Assembly: GCF_009914755.1 (NCBI RefSeq)
Contig: NC_060931.1
DNA: 64,000 nucleotides
Reading direction: 5' to 3' (one strand)
DNA from: the human T2T-CHM13v2.0 reference genome, Homo sapiens
A program made the translations under genes and the position numbers. The notes under the pieces were generated by a model that was given only the letters and a program-made list of their open reading frames with translations, did not search any database and was not told the DNA's origin. This document shows, one piece after another, positions 17,180-30,473 of the stretch (position 1 is the stretch's first letter; the number at the start of each line of letters is the position of its first letter).

Positions 17180-18082
17180 TGAGAGGTGAAGCAGGCTGGG
17201 CTTCTGGGTCGGGTGGGGACTTGGGGAACTTTTCTGTCTAGCTAAAGGATTGTAAATGCACCCATCAGTGCTCTGTGTCTAGCTAAAGGTTTGTAAAGGC
17301 ACCAATCAGCACTCTGTAAAAACGCACCAGTCCTTGCTCTGTAAATAGACCAATCAGCTCTCTGTAAAGTGGACCAATCAGCAGGATGTGGGTGGGGCCA
17401 AATAAGAGAGTAAAATCTGGCCACGGGAGCCCACAGCAGCAACCCCCTTCGGTGTGCTTCCACGCTGTGGAAGCTTTGTTCTTTTGCTCTTCGTGATAAG
17501 TCTTGCTGCTGCTCATTCTTTGGGTCTGCACTACCTTTGTGCACTGTAACACCCACCACAAAATGTCTGCAGCTTCACTAAACCAGCAAGGCCACGAACC
17601 CACTGGGAGGAACAAACAACTCCGGACACGCCACGTTTAAGAGCTGTAACACTCACTGCAAAGGTCTGCAGCTTCACCCTGAAGTCAGGAAGACCATGAA
17701 CCCACCAGAAGGAAGAAACTCCAGACACAGCTGAACATCTGAAGGAACAAACTCCGGACACGCCATGTTTTTTTTTTTATTTTTTTTTTGAGACAGAGTC
17801 TCGCTCTGTCGCCCAGGCTGGAGTGCAGTGGTGCGATCTCACCTCACTGCAACCTCCGCCTTCCGGGTTCACGCCATTCTCCTGCCTCAAGCCTCCCGAG
17901 TAGCTGGGACTACAGGCACCCGCCACGATGCCTGGCTAATTTTTTGTATTTTCAGTAGAGACGGGGTTTCACCGCGGATACACCATCTTTAAGAACTGTA
18001 ACGCTCACTGCGAGGGTCCACGGCTTCATTCTTGAAGTCAGCGAGACCAAGAACCCGCCGGAAGGAACCAATTCTGGACACA
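17180..18082 (+). mobile_element. LTR12 (ERV9) solo LTR, short LTR12/LTR12F-like
   Basis: tgagaggtgaagc start, repeated ccaatcagc/ctagctaaagg units, U5 repeats, ends ggacaca; TSD gtgg/gtga. Confidence 0.92.
17771..17975 (-). mobile_element. 5'-truncated AluY inserted in LTR12 U5
   Basis: gggttcacgccattctcc (AluY diagnostic); imperfect 15-bp TSD ggacacgccatgttt / ggatacaccatcttt. Confidence 0.88.
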
Positions 18083-18403
18083 GTGAGGTCAAAAAAATTT
18101 TATGATTGATTTATTCCTCAATCCATTTTAATTATCCTAGATTACTGTTTCTTGGATTTTATCTAGAAAGGGATAAAAGGATACATATAAATGCCACCCT
18201 TAGGTGGATTAGAGTCATTAAAATTTGTGGATGTCACTTTGCTTATTGGTCCTGCTATTTCACCAACTTCAAATCAATTCAAAACTTTTTGAACACATCT
18301 GAGAATATACAAATCTGCTCTAAATCTGATTCTTTTGCTTTTCAAAAACACCTTTTATTTTTCTATAAAAGCTTCTCAGAATTTCATACATACTCTCAAA
18401 TCT

Positions 18404-19122
18404 GGTGTCTCAGTTACAGTTTGGGGAAGGAGAATCACTATGAATGATGAAATAGAAGATGTATTATAGGAATAAGACTTTACACAACTGTGGGAGGATT
18501 TGAGACACAAAGGTCCAAAAAATTGTGGTTGGAGATCGTAGAAAATTCACTAATCATTGTGATGGAGAACTGGTAAAGTAATTTACAAAAGGCCCCCCCT
18601 GCCTATGGTGATGGGCCCTAAGACACTATAAGTCATCAGGACAAGTAGTTGGGAAAGAAATCTGGACCTGAAGTAGGATAAGTTAAGGCATATGAGCCCA
18701 CAGGGACAAAGTGTTAACTGAGGGGATAAACTAGAACTCTTTTGGGCAAAGTGAAACCCCATTTGACTCATGACATCTGACTCTGACAATGTGGGTGACC
18801 TGAAGATGAAGCTGGTGCCTTCACGTGTTGTTGAACACCTGGCCTAAGACTCGGAGAATCTGAAGGAGGAGATTAGGTGGGAGCTAGAGGTGCTGTGGCA
18901 CCACCGCTGCCTCTTGCCAGGGGAATGAATGAGCAGGTCAAGGACAAGGTGCACTGGCTGCAGCAATGCCTGCATCAACTTAATGAACAAAATGCCTGCA
19001 TATTCACCTTCACCTTCCAAATCTCACACAAATTTCCAACCTTCAGCTGGAACCACTCTAGGAAGGGAACTCTTGGAAACATAGGTTCAGCTTGCTAAAT
19101 TGACAAAATACAAATACCACTA
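18404..19122 (-). mobile_element. Old ERVL-class LTR (subfamily unresolved)
   Basis: ERVL-like ends: tataggaataagactttacacaactgtgg and ttcagcttgctaaattgacaaaatacaaataccac. Confidence 0.45.
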
Positions 19123-19149
19123 CTCAGCTCTTTCAAAATATGCCGAGAC

Positions 19150-21770
19150 ATGAATAATAATTATTCTATGAATATGCATTTAGTGAACACTTCTATGTGC
19201 TAGAGACTGCTAGACAGAAATCATAGACAAAGAATAGTTTACTCTCACTGAGCTTACAGTAAACCTCAGTCAGATGCGACATTTTCATGTACCTAGGGTT
19301 TTCTTGGTGCATGAATCTGACTGAGTGCCTGGCATTCATTCAGATGATATTTGAGTAGTCACTGTTAAGTATGCCTGTTGAGTTGGCGTTTCATACTCTT
19401 ATGAAGCTTATATTCTATCAATCAATACATATCTATTGGATAAATGAATGATGGGTGAGTAAAGGTATGAGTTAATATGGATGCAAAATGAAGGTATATT
19501 TAATGCAGACTGAATGGTCTAGGGAAGGTTTCCTGGTGAAGCTGAATTTTGAAGGGCTGGTAGTAACCAGTGTTCAAGAGGTAGGATTGGATGAAGATGG
19601 AGCAGCTTGGAAAAATTTACAGAAGCCCCCACTTGCCCCCCACACAGAAGTGTAATAAATTTGAGGAATTACAGATTTGTTGGGAAAGAGAAGGATTAGA
19701 GGAAGCTGGTGATGTAATCATAAATGAGATCATGAAGAGATCAAGATGCCATTGTTTATCTGGAAAACAATGGCAGTCACTGAAAGACTTTAAAAATGTC
19801 AACAATAACTTTGGATATGTACTTAAAATTTTAATATTTTATTATTAGATTAAAACATACAATGAATTTACAATGCACTTTTTTCTAAAGTACTTTTAAC
19901 TCCTTTAGCTCTTTCTTAGGTAGTTATTACTGCATCTTCAAATGAAATGTTTATAATTTTGAATTTAAGTTTGGATATTATCCATTTACTTCCTGTAGTA
20001 AAAGCTGGTGATTTGTAGTTTTAGAGCAGTCTTGTCATCCTTCACTTACCCTCTCAACATAGTTATATAATTTTTTCATTTAAATTACCAAACAGCCCTT
20101 CAATGACTGTAGAGAAGTAACTAACTTCCCATGGTTGGACACTTCCCATGGTGAGGAGCAAAGCCAGGACTGCCAGTGTTTTGGCATGGTGTGTGTTTTG
20201 CATACACATCCTTCCAACTTATCCCCATGATTTTCAGTCCATGTTTCACTCTTACCTTCCACCATACCTGACAATTCCTTTTCTGAGCTCTTAGGGGTCC
20301 TGGAAAGGCAAATTGATTTCTTTCTTATCCAGAAAACACTGGCTTGTCTTCTTTCCTGTAATCCATGTTGGCATGAGTTCATTCTTTAAAAAGTAAGTCA
20401 CTTGCTTTCAATTTTCTGCACTATTAAGAGAGAGGATATGACCATGTAGTTTTCAATTTACATCTTTAAGCACGATGCCAGGCATATTTCAGGAAACTCA
20501 TTCTAAAAACACTGTGGAAAGTAGGTTCAAAGGAGATAAGAGTGAAGACTGTTACAGTATTCTAATTGATAACTGATTAGAGCCTGAACTAAGATTATGC
20601 CATGAGGGATGGGGTGAAGAAAAAGGGAGGGATCAAAGAACTGCTAATGAGGTAGAAGCCATGGTCTATGTCCTGTTCTGATTTTGTGGTGTGAGAGAGG
20701 GGTCAAACATAATTCTGCAGTTCCTTTCCTCAGCATTACAAATGATGATCTTACTCAACAAGGCAGAAATACAGTAGAAGAAGTGAAGCAATTTTTAAAA
20801 TATTACTTTGGGAGAGATGAGTTAACTTTTGGACATATTGAGTTTGATATTTCTATTGGCTGTCCATATGGACATATTGGTGGAAAGTTAGAGTTTGTAG
20901 CCAGAGAGTATAGTATTAAAAATCTGCAGTTTTGGAGTGAAAGAGTTCTGTGGTCAATACAATTCAGAAAATAGAAAATTAAAATCTCTAGATTTTAGGA
21001 GATTAAGAAACTGTGAGTCTAGGACTTTCAGCTGTTGGATGAGTCATACAAATGGACATGAAAGTTGTACAACATGATGTTGGAATATTGTGAGTTACTG
21101 GTGCCAGAACCATCCAAGTTAAGTCTTGACCAATGGCAGTATATGGCAGAGAATAGGAGCTGGATAACTTGCCTCAAAGAGGAGAGATTTGTTTGCTTTT
21201 ATTAGAGGAGCGTAGAAAGGAAATTATTCAAAACTGGCATGCTAGGAGAATGCCACCTCTTGTCTAGTAGATAATCTATTTTGTCTTTCTTTGGAGATCT
21301 GAACTTCATGTGGTCTTGGAGGAATAGTCCATTTTGGTGTGTAGTTCCTCATGTCAGTGGAATATTTATCATATGCTAGGCTGGGCCAATAGTACAATAT
21401 GCCCCATAGGTTGTGATTGGACTGAAGAATAGTTTTGTAACCCAAGCTATTTCAACTAGAATCCTTTTGCATTGTAGATGCACTCCTCAAGAGGAGGATA
21501 AAGATGATGTGATTCTGATGTTAGCAGCAGCCATATTGCCCATTGCCTAGAAGACTGCAAAAGAATCTTGAGAAAATTAATTCAAGCAGAAACAAGTGTA
21601 GGTGATAGCTGAAATTTAGAGGCATATTTATATTTGTTTGTGCCTTTGAGAATATTCCTCTTTCTTCTCTCCAGTTGTGTAAGTCCATAAATAACTTTTA
21701 AACTTTTTTTCTTAAGCTAGATTTGAATTTGGATCTCTATTGTCAACCAAAGACTGTTAACTAATATACC
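19150..21770. mobile_element. L2 fragments and an old MLT1-type LTR (~21300-21770)
   Basis: L2 motifs (gggaaggtttcctgg; tttggacatattgagtttga); MLT1-like end ttcttaagctag..caaccaaaga..ctaata. Confidence 0.45.
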
Positions 21771-22149
21771 TCTTTCTGCACCCCACCATCATGAACTTGG
21801 GTCATGTGAATTATGAGATAAAAAATAGCCTCCATTAGAAGACTGTAGAGAGAGGGAGATCCTCCAAAGAAAGTCAAATTTTAGTTAAGACAAGAAGCTA
21901 TAAAGAGCTTGTTTACAATAAAACAGGGTTTTAGAGGCCAGGATTGAAAGTGATGGAAGAGTGGGGAGTGTGAGAAGCAGGGTGACAGCAAAGGAAACAC
22001 TGAATAGAGAAGAGCTTAAGAATAGGAAGTCATTTTGAAATGATTAAAGGGTTGTCACTATACATTTTATACCTTATAAGTAAGGTATAAAATAACAGTC
22101 ATTTTTACAACTATATACATAATAAAATTTAGTTCAGATGTTATCAAAA

Positions 22150-22410
22150 ATACCTACTTATGTGAGGTATCTAAAGTAGTCAAATTCATAGAAACAGAAA
22201 GTAGAATGATGGTTACCAGGGGCTTGGAGGAGGGAAAAATGGGGAGTTGTTTAATGAGCATAAAATTTCAGTTTTGCAAGATGAGAAAGTTTTGGAGATC
22301 TGTTGTTCAACAATGTGAATATTCTTAACACAACTGAAATGTATACCTTAAAATGGTTAAGATGGTAAATTTTGTGTTATGTGTTATTTTAACCTAAATT
22401 TAAAAAATTA
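22150..22410 (+). mobile_element. L1MA/L1MB 3' end fragment
   Basis: gaggtatctaaagtagtcaaattcatagaaacagaaagtagaatg..ttaaaatggttaagatggtaaatttt then A-rich tail. Confidence 0.85.
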
Positions 22411-24224
22411 GTTCAACTAATATAATTTGCATAACACCATGAAGAGTTAAAATGTGGGAATGTATCTAGAATACCAATGAAATGAAGGTACATTTTCAGA
22501 ACAGGCACAATGTTACTGAATATCCCGGTGTAGATGCGGTTTCTGCCTCAGGAAGGTAAAATCTAAATTGGAGATGGTGACTGATCAAAGGTCAGGAAGG
22601 AGTCTGAAGAGAAAATATCACACTTAATAACTACCTTATGCTTTAGTAGAATGATATACAACAGAGAATTTGGGCTCACTTTGGAATTGCAATGAAGGGG
22701 AAAGAAAGGAACGATTGAATGGAATAAAAATAAACCAAGCAGCTCCTGTGTGGAGAATGATTACATCTTTAGTGTAATTTTCTCTGTAATGGAGGGGCCT
22801 TTAGCAAAACCCAGGAGGAAATTTTAGAGGTGATATGCTGGATGTGAAGGAGTCTGACTGCTAATCTTGCCAAGGGTCTCAGAATGTGTGTATTTTTTGC
22901 TGGTATATATTTTTTGAAATAAGCTTCAAGAAATTTCTAGATTGAGCTGGATCCACTCCCAGAAATCAATCTTCCTATTTTACAAATAGAGTTTTACAGA
23001 TTGTTTCTAACTAACTTTGAGTTTGTTCAAGTTCATCCAACTAATGGATGGCATAGTTAAATCACAAGTCTCTGGATGTTCTTTGTAGTATTTTTCTCAA
23101 ATGTGAATTTGGCTATCCACCATATTGAATCACTAGAAGGCGTTGTCTGTTCACTTTTCTATCATTATCATCATCGTTACCACAGCAGCGGCAGCAGCAG
23201 AAGTAGTATTTTGGTCATTGTTATTAAAAATTGTCAGCAAAAGGTACAGGGGTTATTTTCAAAGCTGTAAGTAGCCTTAGCTGAAACTAGGTAATAATCT
23301 CCCTTTCAATGTTCACATTTCCTTCAATTAGAAAAAGACATATTATAAGGAAAATGGTGCTGACAAAAATGAATGTGGAGTATAACTTCAAGAATTTATT
23401 CCCCAAATTCTCACAAATATGTGTCCCAATTTTGATTCTTGAAAAATAGGCCACAGTTTACCGCTTCTAAGTGGGTAAGAGTCAAGCTGGGTGATAAAGT
23501 AGTCTTTCTAACGTTAATATGCACTTGCTTTTGCTTTTTGTGAGCAGACGCCAAACATTCTGTACCCACCTTTCTGCCCTTTTCCACTTTTTTCTGACCC
23601 CTCTACTCTCTCCTCATAAACATCAAAGTTGCTTGAGTTTAGGTTGAAAAAGCAAAACCATTCCAATTTCTTGTGCTGTCTCTGAATTAACCTAATACAG
23701 TGACCATATAATTTATCAATTAAATCTGGACATTTTGAGAGAAGTGGAGGCACTATTAAAATTACACTCTAATAACTGGTATAAACAGTGATTGTCCTCG
23801 ACAAATGGGAATATATGGCTACTCTATACAGTAAGACAAGGTTTAGTCTATCTCCAAGAGCATCTTTTTAGATCTAACCTAATCATCTATAAAAATATGA
23901 AACAAAATAATATGATGGTGTTCAGAATTCTGAGAGGTAGACTATTCAATTATTTGGCACTGGACTGTGTGTATTTCAGAGCCAACGTTGCTTCATGAGA
24001 ACAAGATGAAATTATGATGAAGATGACTAGTTAAGCTTTTTAAGTATTTGTTTCAGATGAACATTTAGATGTTTATTAAGTGTTATTATTTATTGTGCTA
24101 GAAATAGGGTAAATAAATTAGGAACATGTTTTAGTATAAATAAACAAGTAATATTTCTGATTCTGGTATAATATTAGAAAACCTGGAAATGATTACTGAA
24201 GTTTATGCTTACTATATTTACCTA

Positions 24225-24320
24225 AAAATCAGCTTATTCAAATATATTCAAAATCAGATTATTCAAATATATTCAAAATCAGATTATTCAAATACTATTT
24301 AAAAATCAGCTTAAATCAGA
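24225..24320. repeat. 25-bp tandem repeat, about 3.5 copies
   Basis: Unit aaaatcag(a/c)ttattcaaatatattc at 24225, 24250, 24275, partial at 24302. Confidence 0.9.
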
Positions 24321-27199
24321 AATGTCCTTGGAGATGATAATCTAGAAATTATCTTTTGCCTTTGAACCTACAGATAGAATAAATTAGGTTTTGTTAATAA
24401 TTCCTAGATTTAAATATTGTTGAATAGGAGACCAAATATTTTCAACCTGTTATAATGTAACGTATTTTTTATCCACTCTGGAAGCAGAAGAATTATAGTT
24501 TAACCTTCAGTACCTAAAGTGATACTTTAATTTAAGGCATCCTTTATTGTTATGTAGGGAAGGAAGTCTTCCCAGAATCAGAAAGGAGCACCATTTACTT
24601 TTGGTTTTATTTCATTTTGTAGATGTGCCAAAAAGTTTGAAGAGCAGAGGCTTTTATATTTAGCATAAAATTATACTAACACCTTGCCAGTAACCTAAAC
24701 CCTTTGGAACACAGCCCAGATTTGGGATTATATGGGAAAAGCTCCTAAGTACCCTAAACAATTGTTATAAAATCTCTGCACCAAATCCATGCCCTTAACA
24801 ATTACTGATTCCACAATGATAAGCTTACTGACTTTTGATTTAATGTGTGTGTATGTGTCTTTGGATACACAGGTATAAAAAACTATTCGTTTATGAATAA
24901 CAAATTTGGAACAAAAAACTAGAAGGTAGGCAAAAAGAGCAGATAAGTGATGGACAGATCTAATCTATATATGTTCTTAATGACATTTATTCTTAATGAA
25001 GACTCTGAATCAGCAAGAAAATTTAGATAATATCCACTAACTACTGCTTAATAAGTGGGAGATGTAATTTCTTTTAGAAAGAAGTCCATTAAAAATTGTG
25101 TATATGTTTTTAAAAAGTTGTTGGTATTTTAAGTGGTAGGCTTTATTTTTTGGCAAAATTCACTGACATGGAACACCTCATGCTTCCATAAGGCTACATA
25201 AAATGTTTTTATAATACAGGTTATGGGAAACATAATACTAAATTATGCATATTATACGGTAAAGACTATATAAATACCTACCTTGATATAATTTGCTCTC
25301 AGAACAGGCCTTTCTGGACTTGAACACTTGTGAATAGTTGAGGCTGTAAGTCTGGTGAGGGTGTGAGAAAACAGGATAATTCTGGCTCCCTTAGCCCCAT
25401 TTTTATAGGACTGTTTTCAGCTGCCGCTTATTTGATGTGATATGTCATGTCATTCTGTATTATGGCATTCCAGAAGTGCTGTTTCAACATCAAGTCCAAG
25501 CACATTTCCTTGGGAAGTTGATGAGGTTGAACTGGAGAACAGCTGTAGGTACGTGGAGGACCTGCTGGGATAGCTGTTAAAAGGCATTAAGGAGTCTGAT
25601 TATTAATCTAAGTTTCAGTTAAGAAGCAATACATTCTCCAGAGAAAAAACAAGGAAACTGCTTTGTAAGAAATAACATATCACTCTACCATCATCCCCAC
25701 TCCACCACTAATCAGTATATATAATTAAAATTGAGTTTATAAAAACATTCATCCTTGGGACCATGAAGGAATGCAAGACAACACAGAAATAACTTCAGTC
25801 TGGGGATAATTCTGCCAGGATTCTGTACTTCATGGTGAACACATTGTGGTTTGCAAACTCCTTTTTCCACCCAAATTATGAATGAGTCATTGAGTTGTTG
25901 GTATAACCTCTGAGTCATTTTGCTAGCGTGGAAATAGGCTTTAAGGAATTGTTTACATTCTCTCCCTCCATTTCTTTTGGAGATGTAAGCAAGCTGCGTC
26001 AGGTTGGAAGGAGTCAATGGCAAAAGATTTGTCTTCCTCTGTTGAAGTTAAAACTAGGACCATTCCTTCTTTTTACTGCTATTGAGATTTTTAACAACAG
26101 ACCTACGTGGCCAGGTGATTATGGCTAATGAATAACACTTATAACTGAAACTGAACATCTTTCTTTCTTTCTGGTGTCCGTCCCTGAGGACCCGTGTGTA
26201 ACACAAGCACCAGACTTCAGTCTCTGATGGTAGAGATTTTGGTAATTCATTGACCTAACAAAGCTCTCAGCACCATTTATGTTTTAGGTCACAAAGTACT
26301 TGTGGACTCCCGCTCTTGCCTGAGTGAGGTTCTTGCCAGCATTTGTGTTGCATCTGCAGGACACATAAGTGTTTGGAAGTGGGGGAGCATGGCTATGGGA
26401 AAGAAGTTATAATAATATAAAATAAAACATTCTTCTCTTATCTGAATCTTAATATCGTAGGGGTAGAGAAATCGTAGAGATTCGTTGGTTGAAGTGTTTT
26501 CAAATACCAAAGTCAAGATTCATGTCTTTCAGACTGTGAATATTGTTTCGTAGATAATATACTTTTTGGGGGGGGTAGGCAGAGGACATTATTGCTAATA
26601 ATAACCTCCTTCTTATTCATTTGCATTTCAATACAATTTCTTGAGTGGGAAGAAAAGAATATAGTTACAGCTAGTATTGTGGGATTTCATACATCTTGTC
26701 CTACCATGGCATAAGTCAAGTGACTTACAGTTACAAAACTCTGCCTGAGATGTCCTTTACTCCTCTCCTGCCTCGAAAAAGAAATCTGCTTATCCTTTAA
26801 CACAGAGCAAGTATCACTTTCTTTATAAAGTGTGGCCTCTCTACCCTAGGCTCTCCTCCTCCAGCTGAGAAGAACTTTGCTCTCCCTCTCAGCTCTTTAT
26901 AGCACATGGTGCTGCCAGTGATGTTTATCACATTATGTTACTGTTAGTTACATTCCAGTTTCTCTGTCTTTTTAGAAGATAAGCTGCTTTATTCATTTGT
27001 GTATCACTAGGGCCTGGCAGGATAGCTAGTGCTTAGTAATGCTCAACAGATGTTAGTGTCAGAACCAGAATTGGTGCCCAGTTTAATACCCAAAACTACC
27101 AAGTTACTATATTTCTGAAATCAAAACTAACCAAACACTATCTTATTTATTCTATTACACTGTATACTTGTACCCATGAATCAACCTCTCCTCATTTTG

Positions 27200-27420
27200 G
27201 TAGATAAGTAGGGTGACTATAGTTTACAATAATCTCTTGTCTATTTCATAATAGCTAGAAGAAACTAATTCAAATGTTTCTAACATAAAGACAAAATACT
27301 TAAGGTGATGAATATCCCAATTACACTAATCTGATATTTACATGTTGTAAGAATGTATTAAATTAGCACACATGCCCCCAAAATATGTATATTTATTAAG
27401 TATTAATAATTTTAGAAAAG
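27200..27420 (+). mobile_element. L1MA 3' end fragment
   Basis: gtagggtgactatagtttacaataat..atagctagaaga..aggtgatgaatatcccaattac. Confidence 0.8.
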
Positions 27421-27864
27421 ATCAATGTCAGACAACTTAAAAACAAAAAACAAAAACAAAAAAACCCAGAAACCAACCAACCAATCAGCTGACAAATTAA
27501 ATCAAACAAATAATTGTTGTTTTACTTACTTGGCTAATCTGAACCCATAAATCAAGCATGGTTTTATGGGTGAATGTGCAGAAGGTGGACAGAGTCAGAC
27601 AGGATGGCACATGTTTTTGAGTTTATTTTCTGGCCAACTGTTTTTCAGACTTCAGGATAAGTCCTTAAGTCATGGATATCTATGTCATGGATACATTGTG
27701 AGACTTTGAAAGAAAAACAACATAACACTTTCAGGTGAAAGGTGTGAGCCGTTGAGGCATTAATAAGAAAAGTGAGATGAATATTGAAAGTACTATTGTC
27801 AAAATCCTGCCTAGAAACATCGGAATGAATTTCTCTGTCTTTGTACAAAGCTATCTGTGCTATA

Positions 27865-28045
27865 TTGTTTCTTCCTCTCTTTTCCCTTCCACCCCTTCTT
27901 GTTTTCTTCCCCTTCTCCTTCTCCCTTTGCTTCCTCCTACTCTTGTCCTTTCTCTTACTCTTTCTGCACCTTCTTTTCTTTTTCCTTTTCTTTCTTCTTG
28001 TCTCTATGTCTATTTTATATTCTCTCCTCCTGCCATCTTTTATTC
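27865..28045. repeat. CT-rich low-complexity tract
   Basis: About 180 bp almost entirely pyrimidine on the + strand. Confidence 0.85.
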
Positions 28046-28179
28046 CTAGGGTTTTATTTTTAAGAAGTTGGCAATGGTGATGGCAAGTCAGTGAATCAAA
28101 TGAGGGAATGGTTATGGGGAAATTAGTGCAATTTAGACGATAGGAGGAAGATATTGCTCACAAAAATTTCATTTCTCTG

Positions 28180-28750
28180 TGTTTCAAAAATGCATTTATT
28201 TATTTTGTTTAGGCAATATAGTCACATGGCTCAAAATTCAAAACTAGAAAAGAGAATATAGAGAAAATCTTCCTCCTACATCTATCCCACTCAGTTTTCT
28301 CCAGGCAGAAAAGCAAGATACAGTTTCCTCTGTGTATTGCCAGAGATACTTTTATGCATGTATAAATAAGCACTCACACATAGTTATCCTTTTTCTTCTC
28401 TCTTTTTGTAAATGGAAACACATATTTTACATCTTAATTACACCTTTTCTGCACATTGCTTATTTTTCTTTAATGGCTGTAAGATATTCCATTATACAGA
28501 TGCACAGTAATATATTTAATGAGTTGCTTTTTTGATAGATATTTAGGTTGTTTCTCATATTGTGTTGTTAATTTATACTAAATAAAGTTTTTACACATAT
28601 TCCATTTCACACATGTGCAAGTATCTCTATATTCCAAGATGAGGAATTTCTAGGTCAAAGAGAAAATATATTAGTAATTTTCATAGGTACTGGCAAATTG
28701 CCCTCTGTTCTCCCAAACCTCATGAAGTGTGGGTTTTTAAACTTTTTCAT
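28180..28750 (-). mobile_element. Old L1ME-type fragment
   Basis: ttttaatggctgtaagatattccattatacagatg..gatagatatttaggttgtttc..ctaggtcaaag antisense L1 motifs. Confidence 0.6.
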
Positions 28751-29948
28751 AATGCCCACGATATCTTCAAAGTATAATCTATTTTTTACTGAATATTCCA
28801 TTAGCCAGTTATTCAGACAAAAAGCATTTGCTTTTTTGTCCTTTTATAATATTTCTGAAATTTTAATAAAGCAATCAAATGAAATAACTGATTTGTGTTG
28901 GAGACTGTGTCCAAAGAACTGGTTGAAAAATAAAAAGAATTCAACAAGTTGTTTTGTTTACATGATATTGAACCACTGACTGGAGGATTTTGTTTTACTG
29001 ATTTGGAAAAATTATTCAGGCTTAGACTGAAGTTCTTCATAGTATTGCAGAAAAAATATTGTTTTATATCTGTTTATTTTCATAGTCACTTTCTATTCGA
29101 TTCAGCAAACATTAATTGCCTAAAATGTGCTAGACACTGCAAGGTTTGGAGATACAATGGCAGATATGACAGTCCCACAAACCAATGACTGACAAATTTA
29201 AAAGTGGCATTTAAACAGGCTTTTAGAACTCATTTAACAGGGAGTATTACAAGCATCTCTTGTAATTTCAAAGATGGCTATTAAGGAAATTAGTATAATA
29301 AGAAATGATGAAAATATCAATCAGGAAACCACCTTTCAGTTTTAGTCAACCGATTGCTAATTATTGACAATTCTCTCCCTGGAATAAATGCAAATTAGAT
29401 CACCTCTTTCAGTAGGGCAACATAAAATTTGAGCTATAAAGCTCTTCAGTCCCTTTGACCTGCTAATTGTTACATCTAGGCAATTTTCCTATAATTCAGA
29501 AACAGTCAGTTGACTTAGCCTTATCAATAAAATTACTTATATTTAAAAAAAAACCAAAACTAGTTTAAAGATCAGTGGTTTTAATTTTCATATTGTGGCA
29601 TTGCATTGACCCTGTACCATCCTACTCAGGAATTAATATTTATTGTATGATAAGTTTGTAAGCAGAATCCATAGACAATTCAAACATATTACATAATGTA
29701 AGTTGCATGATATTGGTCTACACTTAATGAACTTCTTGTGAAATATAACCTCTTGATTATGCAACATTAGATCTTAACTTCTTATTCAATGATCTATTTC
29801 AATGAAATATCACAATTCACTTGGTATCACTTTTGTTCCCACAATTACACTGCAAATATAAATTACAGTTTCACAATTTTGATTGTCTGCCATTGTTAAT
29901 ATCTTGCAACTTTGGTTTAGTATTGTGATCTACTAGAGTCATACAGTC

Positions 29949-30222
29949 TTTGTTTTTTAGACAGGGTCTTGCTGTGTTGTCCAGGTTTGATGGAGTGCGG
30001 TGGTGCAATCCTGGCTCACTATAACCTCTACCTCCTGGGCTCAAGGGATAGTCTCATCTTAGTTTCCTGAGTAGCTGGGACTACAGGTATGTGCCAACAA
30101 GCCTGTCTAATTTTCTTTTTAAAATTTTTTGTAGAGACAAGGTCTTTCATTATGTTTCCCAGGCTGGTCTCAAACTCCTGGCCTCAAACAATTTGCCTCC
30201 TTTGGTCTCCCAAAGTGCTAGC
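29949..30222 (-). mobile_element. AluJ, slightly 5'-truncated
   Basis: agacagggtcttgctgtgttgtccagg..cctcctgggctcaag..cccaaagtgct. Confidence 0.9.
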
Positions 30223-30473
30223 CTTCTTATTTCATAATTAATTCATACACTGAACAAATAATAATTAGGACATATTATATACCAAAATCATATGTGGATA
30301 TTGAGATAATAGGTGGATATTGGGATGTAGAGTTTTCATTAGAGAGGAGAAGACAAACTAAATAACTGGATAAATAAGGTAATTGCAGATTTCGATACCT
30401 ATTTTAAAGGAAAGAACTAAAAGATGAGAGAATAAGTACCCAAGGTAGCCACTAGGATGTCAGGGAAGGCCTC

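Noticed and set aside
24225-24320. CRISPR-like periodicity (also considered at 46020-46109 and in LTR12)
   Set aside because: Head-to-tail repeats without unique spacers, eukaryotic context, no cas genes.
25712-26023. 103-aa minus-strand ORF in unique DNA
   Set aside because: Non-ATG start, no recognisable domain or splice framework; length is within chance expectation for 64 kb.
27777-28080. Three overlapping hydrophobic ORFs
   Set aside because: Artefact of a stop-poor CT-rich tract.
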